Shown piece by piece: positions 1 to 11,594 of a stretch of 26,044 bases of DNA. Position numbers and translations under genes: made by a program. Position 1 is the first letter of the stretch. Every line of letters starts with the position of its first letter. The stretch is from Myxococcota bacterium. Lineage in GTDB: Bacteria > Myxococcota > JACRCW01. The notes under the pieces were generated by a model, which saw only the letters and a program-made list of their open reading frames with translations, did no database searches and was not told the origin of the DNA. The stretch covers positions 1 through 26,044 of the forward strand of contig JBFMGU010000151.1 in assembly GCA_040752415.1 (NCBI GenBank), written 5' to 3'.

Positions 1-100
1 GCCCGGCCACGCAGCCCGGCTTCATTCCGCCTCCGCCCTCGCGCCCGGCCACGCAGCCCGGCTTCATCCCGCCTCCGCCGTCGCGTCCGGCCACGCAGCC
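1..100 (+). repeat. 42-bp coding tandem repeat (at least 2.4 copies) encoding RPATQPGFIPPPPS
   Basis: Units at 1-42 and 43-84 differ at 2 positions; partial third unit at 85-100. It may extend beyond the window start. Confidence 0.9.
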
Positions 101-1001
101 ATCCGTCGTGGTGCAGCCCGACCTGCTGCCCAGCAACGCGGTGATGCCGCCGGACATCCCCACCACCATGCCAACGGTGATGCCGCTTCCCTCCGCCGGG
201 GAGAGCGACTCGCTGAGTGGCCTGCTGGTCCTGTTGTGCGAGCCCGACCCCATCCTCAGCGCGGCCATGGTGGCGCGGCTGAAGGCGGAGGAGCTGCGCG
301 TGGTCGTCGTCACCGACGGAACGCAGGCGCGTCAGGCGGTGGAGCGTGAGCGGCCTTCCGCCATTGTCAGCGAGGTGGCGCTGCCCAAGGTGGACGGCTT
401 CAACCTGCTGCTCGGGGTGCGCGCGCGTGACGCCACGCGGGAGATCCCGTTCTTCCTGATGTCCTCACGCATGGACACGCAGCAGAGCGCCAAGGCGCTG
501 GAGCTGGGCGCGGACGACTTCGTCCACAAGCCGCTCAACATGGATTTCCTCGTCGGGAAGCTCAAGCGCGCCATCCAGCGCTTCGAGAGCGCGGAGCGGG
601 CGCGGCGCGAGGTGGAGGAGAGCCGTCGCCAGCCCGCGGTTCCCGCCACCGTGGCCAGCGTGGGAACCGAACACACCGGCGTGGTGGGCAGCCTGCAGCA
701 GATGGGCGTGCCGGAGATCGTCCAGAGCCTGGAGTTGGGACGCAAGACCGCGGTGGTGACGTTGTCGTTCGCCACCGGCGAGAGCGGGACGGTGACGTTC
801 GTCGAGGGTGAGGTGGTGCACGCGGTGTTGGGGCAGCTCACGGGTGTGGACGCGTTCTACGAGATGGCGCCGCGCAACCAGGGCAGCTTCCGCATCCGCT
901 ACGGCGCCCACGGCGACGGAACCCGCAGCATCACCGTCAGCACCACGTTCCTCCTGCTCGAAGCCATGCGGCGCATCGACGAGGCGGGTGGCGCGTCCTG
1001 A
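1..1001 (+). CDS. Response regulator, 5'-partial: Pro-rich linker, atypical receiver domain, C-terminal DUF4388/PatA-like domain
   Basis: The frame is open from base 3, upstream of the GTG at 108. Receiver motifs LLCEPDP, SEVALPKVDG and GADDFVHKP are present, followed by a DUF4388-like segment GSLQQMGVPEIVQSLELGRKT...LLLEAMRRIDE. Confidence 0.8.
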   Translation, partial: PATQPGFIPPPPSRPATQPGFIPPPPSRPATQPSVVVQPDLLPSNAVMPPDIPTTMPTVMPLPSAGESDSLSGLLVLLCEPDPILSAAMVARLKAEELRVVVVTDGTQARQAVERERPSAIVSEVALPKVDGFNLLLGVRARDATREIPFFLMSSRMDTQQSAKALELGADDFVHKPLNMDFLVGKLKRAIQRFESAERARREVEESRRQPAVPATVASVGTEHTGVVGSLQQMGVPEIVQSLELGRKTAVVTLSFATGESGTVTFVEGEVVHAVLGQLTGVDAFYEMAPRNQGSFRIRYGAHGDGTRSITVSTTFLLLEAMRRIDEAGGAS

Positions 1002-1004
1002 CGC

Positions 1005-2009
1005 TCAGTCGTCGCGTTCCAGGATCAGCACCTCGGCGAGATCCCGGGAGCCGGTGAGCAACAGCAGCACGCGGTCCAAGCCCACCGCCATCCCCGTGGC
1101 CGGCGGCATGGTCCGCAGCGCGCGCAGGAACAGCGGGTCGATCGGGTACACGGGCTTCCCGAGTCTACGTCGACGCTCCTGCTCGGCACGGAAGCGGCGC
1201 TCCTGCTCATCGGCGTCGGTGAGCTCGCCAAAACCGTTCCCCAGCTCCAGGCCGCCCGCGTACAGCTCCACGCGCTCCGCCACCCGCGGATCCTTCGGGC
1301 TGAGGCGCGACAACGCCGCCAGGGGCGCGGGCCACTCGTAGAGGAACGTGGGACGGGTCTGGCCAATGGCGGGCTCCACGCGGGCCAGCATGACCTCGTA
1401 GAACGCGCGCTCGAAGAGGTCCTCGGGATCCTCGTCGGGAGGGGAGACCACGGAGATGCCCGCGCGCGCGGCGGCCTGCTGCAATCCGCGCCCGTCGACG
1501 GGATCCAGGTAGCGCAGCAGATCCACGCCCGCGTAACGCTGGAAGGCCTCGGCCAGCGTGAGCCGCTCGTAGGGCGGGGTGAGGTCCAGCGGGCCCAGGT
1601 GCATGCGACCCAGGATCTGCGCCGCGGCGGAGATGAATCCCTCGCAGTCGCGCATCAAGGCCTCGTAGTCCTCGCGGGCGCGGTACCACTCCAGCATCGT
1701 GAACTCGACGCGGTGATTCGGTCCGTGCTCCCCGGCGCGGAACACGCGCGGCAGGGCGTAGATGCGCAGCGCGCCCTCGGAGAGCAGGCGCTTCATGGCG
1801 AATTCCGGGGAGGTGTGCAGGTAGCGTCGTCGGGGCGGGCCGCGGCCGTCGTCGACGTCCAGGGAGAGCGCGGTGATGTGCGGCTCCATGCCCGGGGCGG
1901 GCACCAGCGTGGGCGGCTCCACCTCCAGGAACTCCTCGCGCTCGAAGTAGCGGCGAATGGCGCGTCTCACCGCGTCGCGCGCCCGCAGGCGCTCCACCGT
2001 GTCCATCAT
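1005..2009 (-). CDS. epmA: EF-P lysine aminoacylase EpmA (GenX/PoxA)
   Basis: Class II aaRS-like motifs [40 protein letters not shown] and GMAVGLDR. No anticodon-binding domain. Confidence 0.93.
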   Translation of the reverse strand: MMDTVERLRARDAVRRAIRRYFEREEFLEVEPPTLVPAPGMEPHITALSLDVDDGRGPPRRRYLHTSPEFAMKRLLSEGALRIYALPRVFRAGEHGPNHRVEFTMLEWYRAREDYEALMRDCEGFISAAAQILGRMHLGPLDLTPPYERLTLAEAFQRYAGVDLLRYLDPVDGRGLQQAAARAGISVVSPPDEDPEDLFERAFYEVMLARVEPAIGQTRPTFLYEWPAPLAALSRLSPKDPRVAERVELYAGGLELGNGFGELTDADEQERRFRAEQERRRRLGKPVYPIDPLFLRALRTMPPATGMAVGLDRVLLLLTGSRDLAEVLILERDD

Positions 2010-2587
2010 GGCGTGTTGGTCAGCTCTTCCACGACGATGTTGTTGTTGGTGTAGACGCAGATGTCGGCGGCAATGCGCATGGCCTCCTCCGCCACCTTGC
2101 GCGCGTCCAGCTCGGTGTGCACCAGCAGCGCGCGGGCCGCGCTCAACGCATACGGCCCGCCCGAGCCGATGGCGTGCACCGCGGCGGGACCGTGGGGATG
2201 GCCGGCGGGGAGCAGCTCGTCGGGCTCCAGCACGTCGCCATTGCCGCTGATGAGCAGCAGCTTCTCCGCGTTGCCCACCAGCAGCATGGCCTCCAGCCGC
2301 TGGAACACCTTCTCCGTGCGCCAGTCCTTGGCCAGCTCCACCGCCGCGCGCACCAGCTGTCCGCCGTGATCCTTCAGCTTCGTTTCAAACCGCTCAAACA
2401 GCGCGAACGCGTCCGCCGTCGAGCCGGCGAATCCGGCCACCACCTTGCCGTCGCCCAGGCGGCGCACCTTGCGGGCTCCCTGCTTCACGCGGGTGGCGCC
2501 CAGGCTCACCTGCCCGTCGCCGGCAATCACGGTGCGGTTGCCCCGACGCAAAGCCAGGATGGTGGTGCCGTGCAGGGTCTCGGTCAT
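2006..2587 (-). CDS. hslV: ATP-dependent protease peptidase subunit HslV
   Basis: Motifs [39 protein letters not shown] and [11 protein letters not shown] at 2587 is preceded by an AAGGAGG SD. The stop overlaps the epmA start. Confidence 0.95.
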   Translation of the reverse strand: MTETLHGTTILALRRGNRTVIAGDGQVSLGATRVKQGARKVRRLGDGKVVAGFAGSTADAFALFERFETKLKDHGGQLVRAAVELAKDWRTEKVFQRLEAMLLVGNAEKLLLISGNGDVLEPDELLPAGHPHGPAAVHAIGSGGPYALSAARALLVHTELDARKVAEEAMRIAADICVYTNNNIVVEELTNTP

Positions 2588-2715
2588 GGTGGGGCCTCCT
2601 TCGGAGATGCGCAGCATAACCGCGCGGGGTGGTTGTAGCGTCCTGCTTCCCGTCATGGTGTGACGCTGGCGGGGCCCAGGCGTTAGAACCCCAGGCCAGA
2701 ACCTCGAGGACGCCT

Positions 2716-4809
2716 TTGCATATCACCGACGTCATCCTGTGGTGGCACCATCACCAGCCCTGGTACCTGGACCCCGTGACGGGGCACGCCCGCCTGCCGT
2801 GGGTGCGCCTGCACGCGTGTCGTGGGTACCTGGACATGGCCGCGGCGGCCGAGCACTCCACCGCCGACGGCGTGATCCACACCTTCAACTTCGTCCCGTC
2901 GCTGCTGGACCAGCTGGAGCACTACGCGCAGCCGGATCACTCGGACCTGTGGTTGGACCTCAGCCGCCCGCACCCGCGTGACCTGGACGAGCAGCAACGC
3001 ACCGAGCTGATCCGTCGGATGGGCGGCGGCGGTCCCACGCCTACGCGTCCGCTCCCCCGGTTGGATGAGCTGCGCGAGAAGGTCTCCCGCCAGGAGAAGC
3101 TCTCCGACCACGACGTGTTGGACCTGCAGGTGCTGGCCCACCTGGGCTTCATGGGATCCACGCTGGCGCACCGGCCCGGCGTGGTGCGGGAGCTGCTCGA
3201 GAAGGGGAAGGACTTCACGCAGGACGAGAAGCTGGCGCTGCTGCAGGCCACGCGTGAGGTCTGCGCCGAGGTGCTGCCGCGCTACCGCAAACTGCAGGAA
3301 GCGGGGAGGGTGGAGCTGACCGCCACGCCGTATTTCCATCCCATCCTGCCGCTCGTCGTCGACACCTCCGCCATGGCCGACGGATTGCCTGGCCACGCGC
3401 AGCCGCCGCCGTTCCGCTTCCCGGAAGACGCGCGCTACCACGTCACCGCCGCGCAGGATCGCTTCCAGCAGGTGTTCGGGAAGAAGCCGGTGGGCATGTG
3501 GCCGGCGGAGGGCAGCGTGAGCGCCGCGGCGCTGGGCATCCTGGCGGAAGCCGGCGTGCGCTACTGCGGCACCGACGAGCAGGTGCTGCGCCGCTCCGAG
3601 GTTGCCGACGAGGGCGCGGTGCACCACCACGAGGCGTACCTGGATCCCAGCGGCAAGGTGGCCATGTTCTTCCGCGACCACGCCGCCAGCGACCAGATCG
3701 GGTTCAGCTACCGCTACAAGACGCCGGAGGCCGCGGCGCACGACCTGGTCGGACGCGCGCGTTCGGCGGGGCACGGCATGGGGGGGCGGGTGATGGTGGT
3801 GATCCTCGACGGGGAGAACCCGTGGGAGCACTACGCCAACGCGGGCCGGGAGCACCTGCGCGCCATCCAGCATGCGTTCACCCACGCGCGTGACGTGCGG
3901 GTGGTGGGCCCCTCGCGCTTCCTGGAGAAGCACCCGCCCCGACGACGGATCTCACGCCTGCACGCGGGCAGCTGGATCGACGGGACCTTCGCGATCTGGA
4001 TTGGCCACGCGGAGGACCGGCACGGGTGGCGGCTGCTGGGGGATTGTCGACGAGCGATCGAGCGCGCGCGACGTCAGGGCGCGCCCACGGAGCAGGTGGA
4101 AGCGGCGCTGCGGAAGCTCTACCCCGCCGAGGGCAGCGACTGGTTCTGGTGGTTTGGCGAGGAGTTCCACGCGCGCGAGGCGGATCTCTACGACGAGCTC
4201 TTCCGCGGACAGATCAAGGCCGCCTACGTGGCGCTGGGGGAGAAGCCGCCGGCGGAGCTGGATCGCCCGGTGCGCCACGCGCGGCACGTGGGGGCGCCGG
4301 GACGTCGGATGGGCTGGCTGCAGGCGCCCTGGCTCACGGGAGGCACGCCCAGCGCCATGACCTGGCACGACGCCGTCCGCGTCCGCCCCGGCGAGGCGGG
4401 CGCCATGGCCATGGCCACGTCCACCGGACCCATGGGGGAGCTGTTGGTGGGCTGCGACGAGCGCGCGCTCTGGTTCTGCGCGCTGTTCCCCGACAAGACC
4501 GTGCCGCGGGGCACCCTGAGCCTGCACGTCACCCAGCGCGCCGAGGAGCACGTGGTGCAGGTGGAACTCCCGTCAGGAAAGGTGCACGCGGAACATCCCC
4601 GACGTCAGGGCAAGCCCCTGGCGGACGTGGGGGAGGTGGTGATGGTGCAGTGGCCGCTGGCGGGCGCGTCGCTGCAGGGCGGCGAGCGCTGCGAGATTCA
4701 TGCGGTGCTGCAGGTGGAGGGCGGGGGGAGCCAGCGGCTTCCTGCGTCGGGAGCTGCGGAGGTGGAGCTTCCCGACGCTGAGCTGCGCTGGCGCGCGGCG
4801 TGGTGTTGA
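2716..4809 (+). CDS. Glycoside hydrolase family 57 (amylopullulanase-like)
   Basis: GH57 motifs [35 protein letters not shown] (Glu nucleophile), [11 protein letters not shown] (Asp acid/base) and AEGSDWFWW. Start placed at TTG 2716 after GAGGA; the ORF is open from 2629. Confidence 0.9.
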   Translation: MHITDVILWWHHHQPWYLDPVTGHARLPWVRLHACRGYLDMAAAAEHSTADGVIHTFNFVPSLLDQLEHYAQPDHSDLWLDLSRPHPRDLDEQQRTELIRRMGGGGPTPTRPLPRLDELREKVSRQEKLSDHDVLDLQVLAHLGFMGSTLAHRPGVVRELLEKGKDFTQDEKLALLQATREVCAEVLPRYRKLQEAGRVELTATPYFHPILPLVVDTSAMADGLPGHAQPPPFRFPEDARYHVTAAQDRFQQVFGKKPVGMWPAEGSVSAAALGILAEAGVRYCGTDEQVLRRSEVADEGAVHHHEAYLDPSGKVAMFFRDHAASDQIGFSYRYKTPEAAAHDLVGRARSAGHGMGGRVMVVILDGENPWEHYANAGREHLRAIQHAFTHARDVRVVGPSRFLEKHPPRRRISRLHAGSWIDGTFAIWIGHAEDRHGWRLLGDCRRAIERARRQGAPTEQVEAALRKLYPAEGSDWFWWFGEEFHAREADLYDELFRGQIKAAYVALGEKPPAELDRPVRHARHVGAPGRRMGWLQAPWLTGGTPSAMTWHDAVRVRPGEAGAMAMATSTGPMGELLVGCDERALWFCALFPDKTVPRGTLSLHVTQRAEEHVVQVELPSGKVHAEHPRRQGKPLADVGEVVMVQWPLAGASLQGGERCEIHAVLQVEGGGSQRLPASGAAEVELPDAELRWRAAWC

Positions 4810-4816
4810 CGCCGTC

Positions 4817-5161
4817 TCAGCGGGAGCGCAGCTGCGAGATGATCTTGTCCTTGGGAGAACGCGCCGTCGACTCGTCCTCGTCGTCCTCGTCGCGCTGCTT
4901 GTAGCGACCGGTGGCCTCGTACGCGCGCAGCTCAATCTCCAACAGCTGCTGCCGGAGCGCCGCATTGATGGCGTTGGTGGGCAGCGGCTGGTGCAGGCCC
5001 GCGTCCAGACCGAAATGCATGCGGAGGGTGTTCTCCTCCTTGGAGGTCAGGGTCTGACCCTCGCGCGGCTCCACCTTGGTCAGGCGACGCTTCCGCGTCG
5101 TGGTGGTCACAGCAGTCTGGGTGCGGGTGGCCGTCTTGGTGGCGGGTGCTCTGCGCGTCAT
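4817..5161 (-). CDS. Small hypothetical protein with sigma70 region-4-like segments
   Basis: LTSKEENTLRMHFGL and the terminal KDKIISQLR resemble the two ends of sigma70 region 4. Start chosen at ATG 5161; the ORF is open to 5203. Confidence 0.65.
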   Translation of the reverse strand: MTRRAPATKTATRTQTAVTTTTRKRRLTKVEPREGQTLTSKEENTLRMHFGLDAGLHQPLPTNAINAALRQQLLEIELRAYEATGRYKQRDEDDEDESTARSPKDKIISQLRSR

Positions 5162-5539
5162 GGATGAGGTCTCTCCGCTTCGCCCTCGTTGAAGTTGTCG
5201 CACCGTAAGGTCCCGCCAAGTGGAGGGTCAAATTTGAGACCGCACCTCACGTAATGGATGCGTCGCAAGCCGTGGAATCTGCGAGGGAATTACCTGTCGC
5301 CGACGCGTCGCCGGAAACACGTTGGAGAGACCCTCGCGGCCACGGCGGGGAAGGCGATCGGGCACGGTCTGGATCGGGAGAGCGCAGGAGCGGGCCGTGG
5401 TGGGCGGAAATCTCGCCCGACCTTCGATTTTGGCCCTTTCTCGCCCGCTAGCGCCCATTTGATAGCGAGTTGAAGGGGGATTTGAGGGGATTGAGGACAG
5501 CCAGGTGGGATGGGGCTGTTGACGTCGTGAAAAAGGCGT

Positions 5540-7660
<2,121 letters not shown>

Positions 7661-7728
7661 GGCCCACACTGGGTAGTGACGTGGGCTTGTGGAGGCAAGC
7701 CGGGGGTGCAGGCGCTATGTTCAGGCGC

Positions 7729-7998
7729 ATGTCCAAGCGCACCTCCAAGCCCAGTGCCCGCAACCCCCGCCCGTTCTTCTCCTACGTCGTCGGTGAGGAG
7801 CCGCCCCGCCGTGCCGCGGGCAAGCCGCCCAAGGAGAAGCCCAGGAAGGGCGGGGACAAGGTCACCACCATGGCGGTGGGCGAGGAGAGCGGCAGCGGCG
7901 GACGTCCCCCCGGTCCCACCACGCCGGCGGTGGGTGAGGAAGGCGTGGGCGACGTCCCCACGACGACGATCGCGAAAGGCGAGGAATCCGGCGGCTGA
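7729..7998 (+). CDS. Putative graspetide (plesiocin-type) RiPP precursor with three TTxxxxEE cores
   Basis: Cores TTMAVGEE (7864-7887), TTPAVGEE (7918-7941) and TTIAKGEE (7963-7986). Leader contains PFFSYVV. Start is ATG 7717 or 7729. Confidence 0.7.
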   Translation: MSKRTSKPSARNPRPFFSYVVGEEPPRRAAGKPPKEKPRKGGDKVTTMAVGEESGSGGRPPGPTTPAVGEEGVGDVPTTTIAKGEESGG

Positions 7999-7999
7999 A

Positions 8000-10159
8000 T
8001 CAGGGCCGGCCGCAGTGCGCGGGCGCCACGTCGGTGGCCTCGCGACACACCAGCTCCGCGTTCACCAGCAGGCAGTCCGCTCCGGACGCACACGCGCGTC
8101 GACACTCCGCCGTCAGCGGTGAGGTGGGAACGCAGACCTCGTCACCCGCGCAGCCGCCGCCGCTGGTGCCGGGGATGCAGCCATCGCGGACGCACAGCCC
8201 GGGCTCGCCGGTGGGCGAGCCGCAGCGGAGTCCCAGCTCACAGTCGTGATCCTGCAGGCACGCCGCGCCGACGGTGGCGTTGGCGGTAAAGCACGCGCCG
8301 CTCGACGGGTCACAGCTGTCGCCCCGGCCACTGCCGAGGCATTCCACGCCGAGGGAGCAGACGTTGAGCGCGGGCGTGAGGGGCCAGCACAGCGGCTGCA
8401 CCAGCGGCGGGGTGTCCTCGTCGGTGGGGACGACGGTGGAGACGGTGCTGCGGCATTCCATGTTCTGCCCACAGTCCGCCGCGGTCTGGCAGCGCGCCGA
8501 GCAGAACGTGCGACGTTCCATGGCGTCGGCGGTGCTGGCGGGGACGCCGTCGCGGTCCATGCACGGTCCGCTGCGGCAGGTGTCACGCGAGCTGCAGCGG
8601 GCGCCCACGTTGAGCCGCTGCGCGCAGCGCATGGTGCCGGTGGCGGTGTCGGGGAGGCAGAGCTGTCCGGGAGGACAGGTGCGCCCGGGGCCACACACCA
8701 TGTCCGCGGGGTCGGAGCTGCCGGTGGCGACGCAGTGCGCGAAGTAGCTGCGGTCCGAGAGGAAGCGGCACCCGAGACCACCGCAGTCCCCCTCCCGACG
8801 ACACGCCTGCGCATTGGGCGGGGGCGCCACGCAGACCGCGAACACGCCGGAGGCCGCGGTGTCGAGGGGGCGCACAGCGCAGAAGGGCAGGGTGCTTGGA
8901 CAATCCACGTCGGAGTGGCACAGCTGCGTGCAGCGGTCCTCGACGCACATGCGGTGATCACAGGTGGCCGCGGTGGAGGGCTCGCACGCGCCGCCGACGG
9001 GGATTCCGGGAGAGACCAGCGGCTCGCAGCGCAGGTTCCACGACGAGGACACCGGGCTCTGCTGCGGGACGCATGCGCCGCCGTCGCCGCACACGGTGTC
9101 CTGGCTGGCGGGCGGAGAGCCACAGTGGGGGCCAAGACAGTAGCCGGTGGGGGGCGCGCCGCCGTCGGCAACGGGGATGATCACGCATTCTCCGTCGTGG
9201 GCGCAGGGCGTCTGCTCGTCGCAGTGGGTGCGACAGATTCCGCCCACGCAGCTGGCCGCGCCGGGCTCGAACACCTCGCAATCCGCGCTGAGGGTGCAGC
9301 TGCCGCCGGGTTTCTTCCCGCCCACGCGGTTCGCGGTGCAGCGACGCTGCGTGACCAGGCCCCCGCCGTCGGAACGCGCGTAGGCGAACACGCAGGACTC
9401 GTCGTCGGCGCAGCCCTCGTCGTCCTCACAGGGGGCCAGGGAGCCGGGCAGGCAGACGCGGCCGCCGCCCTGGTAATGGTCCACGCAGGCCAGCGTCACC
9501 GACGAGCGGAACGGCGTGGCGGGCGCGGTGACGGCGCAGTGCTCGTCGAGCTGGCAGACCGCGGAGCACATGCCGCGGATGCACATGCCGGAGGCGCAGT
9601 CCGCGCTGGTGCGACAGCATCCCCCCGTGCCGCGCGGGGTGGGCCCGGGGAACGCGCAGCCTTCGGCGCGGAGGAAGCCCACGTCGTGGACCGCGGCGTC
9701 GAGGGAAGCGCCAGCGTCGGTCCCGGCGGCGTCCACGCGGGCGGCGTCGCGGGTGCCGGCGTCGTCGGGGGGAGCGGCGGCGTCGGGGACGGAGGCGTCC
9801 AGCGCGGCGGCGTCGGGCCGCGTGGCGTCGGGCGGGCTGGCGTCGGGGGGGCCGGCGTCGGGGACCACGGAGCAGACCTGGGCCACGCAACGGTAGGGGG
9901 AGAGGCAATCGGCTGTGCGCAGGCAGCTGTCGCCCAGGCCACCGAGGCGAGCGGCATCGGGAGCGCCGGCGTCGGAGGGGAGTTCCACGCAGGTCAGGGC
10001 CACACAGGCCAGGCCCTCCGAGCAGTCCGCGGTGCGCGTGCAGCTCTCGCCCAGGCCGCTGCGCGGTCCGCCGGCGTCTCCGTCGCCATTGCCACCGTTG
10101 CAGGCCTCACAACCGGCCAGCAGCAGCGGCAAGAGCGCCAACGTGAACCGACATCTCAT
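8000..10159 (-). CDS. Cysteine-rich repeat lipoprotein of myxobacterial type
   Basis: MRCRFTLALLPLLLAGC signal with lipobox. Repeated GxxCxxxxDC...C modules and a PDA/DAG low-complexity linker. Confidence 0.82.
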   Translation of the reverse strand: MRCRFTLALLPLLLAGCEACNGGNGDGDAGGPRSGLGESCTRTADCSEGLACVALTCVELPSDAGAPDAARLGGLGDSCLRTADCLSPYRCVAQVCSVVPDAGPPDASPPDATRPDAAALDASVPDAAAPPDDAGTRDAARVDAAGTDAGASLDAAVHDVGFLRAEGCAFPGPTPRGTGGCCRTSADCASGMCIRGMCSAVCQLDEHCAVTAPATPFRSSVTLACVDHYQGGGRVCLPGSLAPCEDDEGCADDESCVFAYARSDGGGLVTQRRCTANRVGGKKPGGSCTLSADCEVFEPGAASCVGGICRTHCDEQTPCAHDGECVIIPVADGGAPPTGYCLGPHCGSPPASQDTVCGDGGACVPQQSPVSSSWNLRCEPLVSPGIPVGGACEPSTAATCDHRMCVEDRCTQLCHSDVDCPSTLPFCAVRPLDTAASGVFAVCVAPPPNAQACRREGDCGGLGCRFLSDRSYFAHCVATGSSDPADMVCGPGRTCPPGQLCLPDTATGTMRCAQRLNVGARCSSRDTCRSGPCMDRDGVPASTADAMERRTFCSARCQTAADCGQNMECRSTVSTVVPTDEDTPPLVQPLCWPLTPALNVCSLGVECLGSGRGDSCDPSSGACFTANATVGAACLQDHDCELGLRCGSPTGEPGLCVRDGCIPGTSGGGCAGDEVCVPTSPLTAECRRACASGADCLLVNAELVCREATDVAPAHCGRP

Positions 10160-10322
10160 TCCAGCTCCCAAAGGCCCCACCAGGTCATGCCACGCGCCCC
10201 ACTGTATCTCGGGCCGGGGCTTCCCCAAGCATGGGCGTCAGCGCGCACGGTGGGGAGGGGCGGGGTGGGATCACGCTGGGCCGCGTCAGGACGCGGAGAT
10301 CTCGGCGGATGGAAAAAGGTTG

Positions 10323-10351
10323 TTGACGGCCGGGGCGGTCATCGGTATCAA
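10323..10351 (+). promoter_or_regulatory. Sigma70-like promoter of the tRNA gene
   Basis: TTGACG (10323-10328), 17-bp spacer, TATCAA (10346-10351), then a GC-rich stretch; the tRNA starts at 10365. Confidence 0.6.
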
Positions 10352-10364
10352 GCCGCTCCCCTGA

Positions 10365-10440
10365 CGCGGGGTGGAGCAGCTGGTAGCTCATCGGGCTCAT
10401 AACCCGAAGGCCGCAGGTTCAAGTCCTGCCCCCGCATCCA
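10365..10440 (+). tRNA. Initiator tRNA-fMet (CAT)
   Basis: 76-nt cloverleaf with C1:A72 mismatch, three G-C pairs in the anticodon stem (GGG-CTCATAA-CCC), GGTTCAAGTCC T-arm and encoded CCA. Confidence 0.97.
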
Positions 10441-10452
10441 AATAACGCAGCA

Positions 10453-10498
10453 AAAACGCCTAGTTGGGAGCAACTTCCTGGCTAGGCGTTTTCTCTTT
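10453..10498. terminator. Bidirectional intrinsic terminator between the tRNA and the convergent integrase
   Basis: AAAACGCCTAG (10453-10463) and CTAGGCGTTTT (10482-10492) are perfect inverted arms with further inner pairing and A/T tails. Confidence 0.75.
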
Positions 10499-11592
10499 CA
10501 TCCAACTTTGTCCATTTCTTGTCCAAGAGCCGGGGTGGTCTCCCGGCTGATGGCCGCCTCGAGCTGCACCACGGCCGCCCGCAGGTCCGCCTCTTCGACG
10601 ATGTTGTACCGGTCGAAGACGGCCCGCGTGCGGTGACCCGACATGCGCATCACTACCGACTCCTGCACGCCCCGACGACGGGCGTTGGTGACGAAGCTGC
10701 GGCGCAGGTCGTGGAACCAGATGCCGGAGAGGCCCGCCCCCACGCACGCCCGGTCAAAGGCACGCTTCATATCCGCCCACGGCTTCTTCGTCGCTGGGTT
10801 CACGAAGACGTACGGGCAGTCCTTGTGCACGGGAGTCTCCTCCAGTGCCGCCTTGGCCCGTGCGGTGAGGTAGATGATGCGAGCCTCGTCCGTCTTCGTC
10901 GCCTCCGCCGGCAGCCGGATCACGCCACGCTCAAGGTCCACGTAGGACCACTCAAGGTCCAAGACCTCCCGCTTGCGCATGCCGGTGTCGAAGGCGACGA
11001 CGAGGATGGGCTTCAGCTCCGCATCCGCCGCGGCGACGAGGCGCTTGAACTTCTCCTCGTCGAGGACGGACGTCCGCACATTGGAGCGGTGCAGGAGCTT
11101 TGCCCTGGCGATGGGGTTCGAGGGCAAGCTCCCGCAGGTAACGGCGTAGTTGAGGAAGCGCTTGAGCAACTCCACTTCCCGGTCCAGCGTGGCTGCGGAG
11201 GGGGCCGCGCCACGCATGGTCTTCTCGCTGAGCCGCTTGCCACGGTACTCGTCCACGTCCTTCACCGTGAGGGTGGCGGCCTTGCGGGGACCTAGCAGGC
11301 GGACCAAATGCGCCGCCCGCCCCACCTCGGTCTGGTGGGTGTCGTTGTCCCGCTCGGACACGGGTTTGTATGCCTCCCACGCTTCCAGCACCGTCAGCTC
11401 CGGGGCCTTGTGTCGCTCGAAGAACCGTCCCTCGAACGCCTCTGCCTTCACCTTCGCCACCAAGGCCATGGCCTGCTCCTTGGTGGGGATCTTGCGCTTC
11501 CTGAACCGCTCCACTTGCCCGTCGGGCATGGTCAGCCACTCGTCGACGAGCCAGTACGAGCGGCCGTTCACGACGTACTTCTTGACGCCCAT
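10498..11592 (-). CDS. Tyrosine recombinase / site-specific integrase
   Basis: Catalytic residues DTGMRKREV (R), TKTDEAR (K), HDLRR (H, R), SGHRT (H) and DRYN (Y). AGGAGG SD before ATG 11592. Confidence 0.95.
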   Translation of the reverse strand: MGVKKYVVNGRSYWLVDEWLTMPDGQVERFRKRKIPTKEQAMALVAKVKAEAFEGRFFERHKAPELTVLEAWEAYKPVSERDNDTHQTEVGRAAHLVRLLGPRKAATLTVKDVDEYRGKRLSEKTMRGAAPSAATLDREVELLKRFLNYAVTCGSLPSNPIARAKLLHRSNVRTSVLDEEKFKRLVAAADAELKPILVVAFDTGMRKREVLDLEWSYVDLERGVIRLPAEATKTDEARIIYLTARAKAALEETPVHKDCPYVFVNPATKKPWADMKRAFDRACVGAGLSGIWFHDLRRSFVTNARRRGVQESVVMRMSGHRTRAVFDRYNIVEEADLRAAVVQLEAAISRETTPALGQEMDKVG

Positions 11593-11594
11593 GT

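Noticed and set aside
1..100. Direct repeats as a possible CRISPR array
   Set aside because: No spacers; the 42-bp unit is in frame and encodes a Pro-rich linker; no cas genes.
5228..5473. Short ORFs and palindromes between the small gene and uvrB
   Set aside because: No SD or recognisable motifs; probably a promoter or intergenic region, and no dif-like site was seen.
7709..7725. Myxobacterial LexA box upstream of uvrB (GTTCAGG)
   Set aside because: Only the right half matches the CTRHAMRYBYGTTCAGS consensus; the left half mismatches at 6 of 10 positions.
8246..10402. 718-aa + strand ORF and other long antisense ORFs (5909-7270, 2683-3933, 13117-14202)
   Set aside because: Stop-poor shadow frames of real genes in high-GC DNA; this one also runs into the tRNA.
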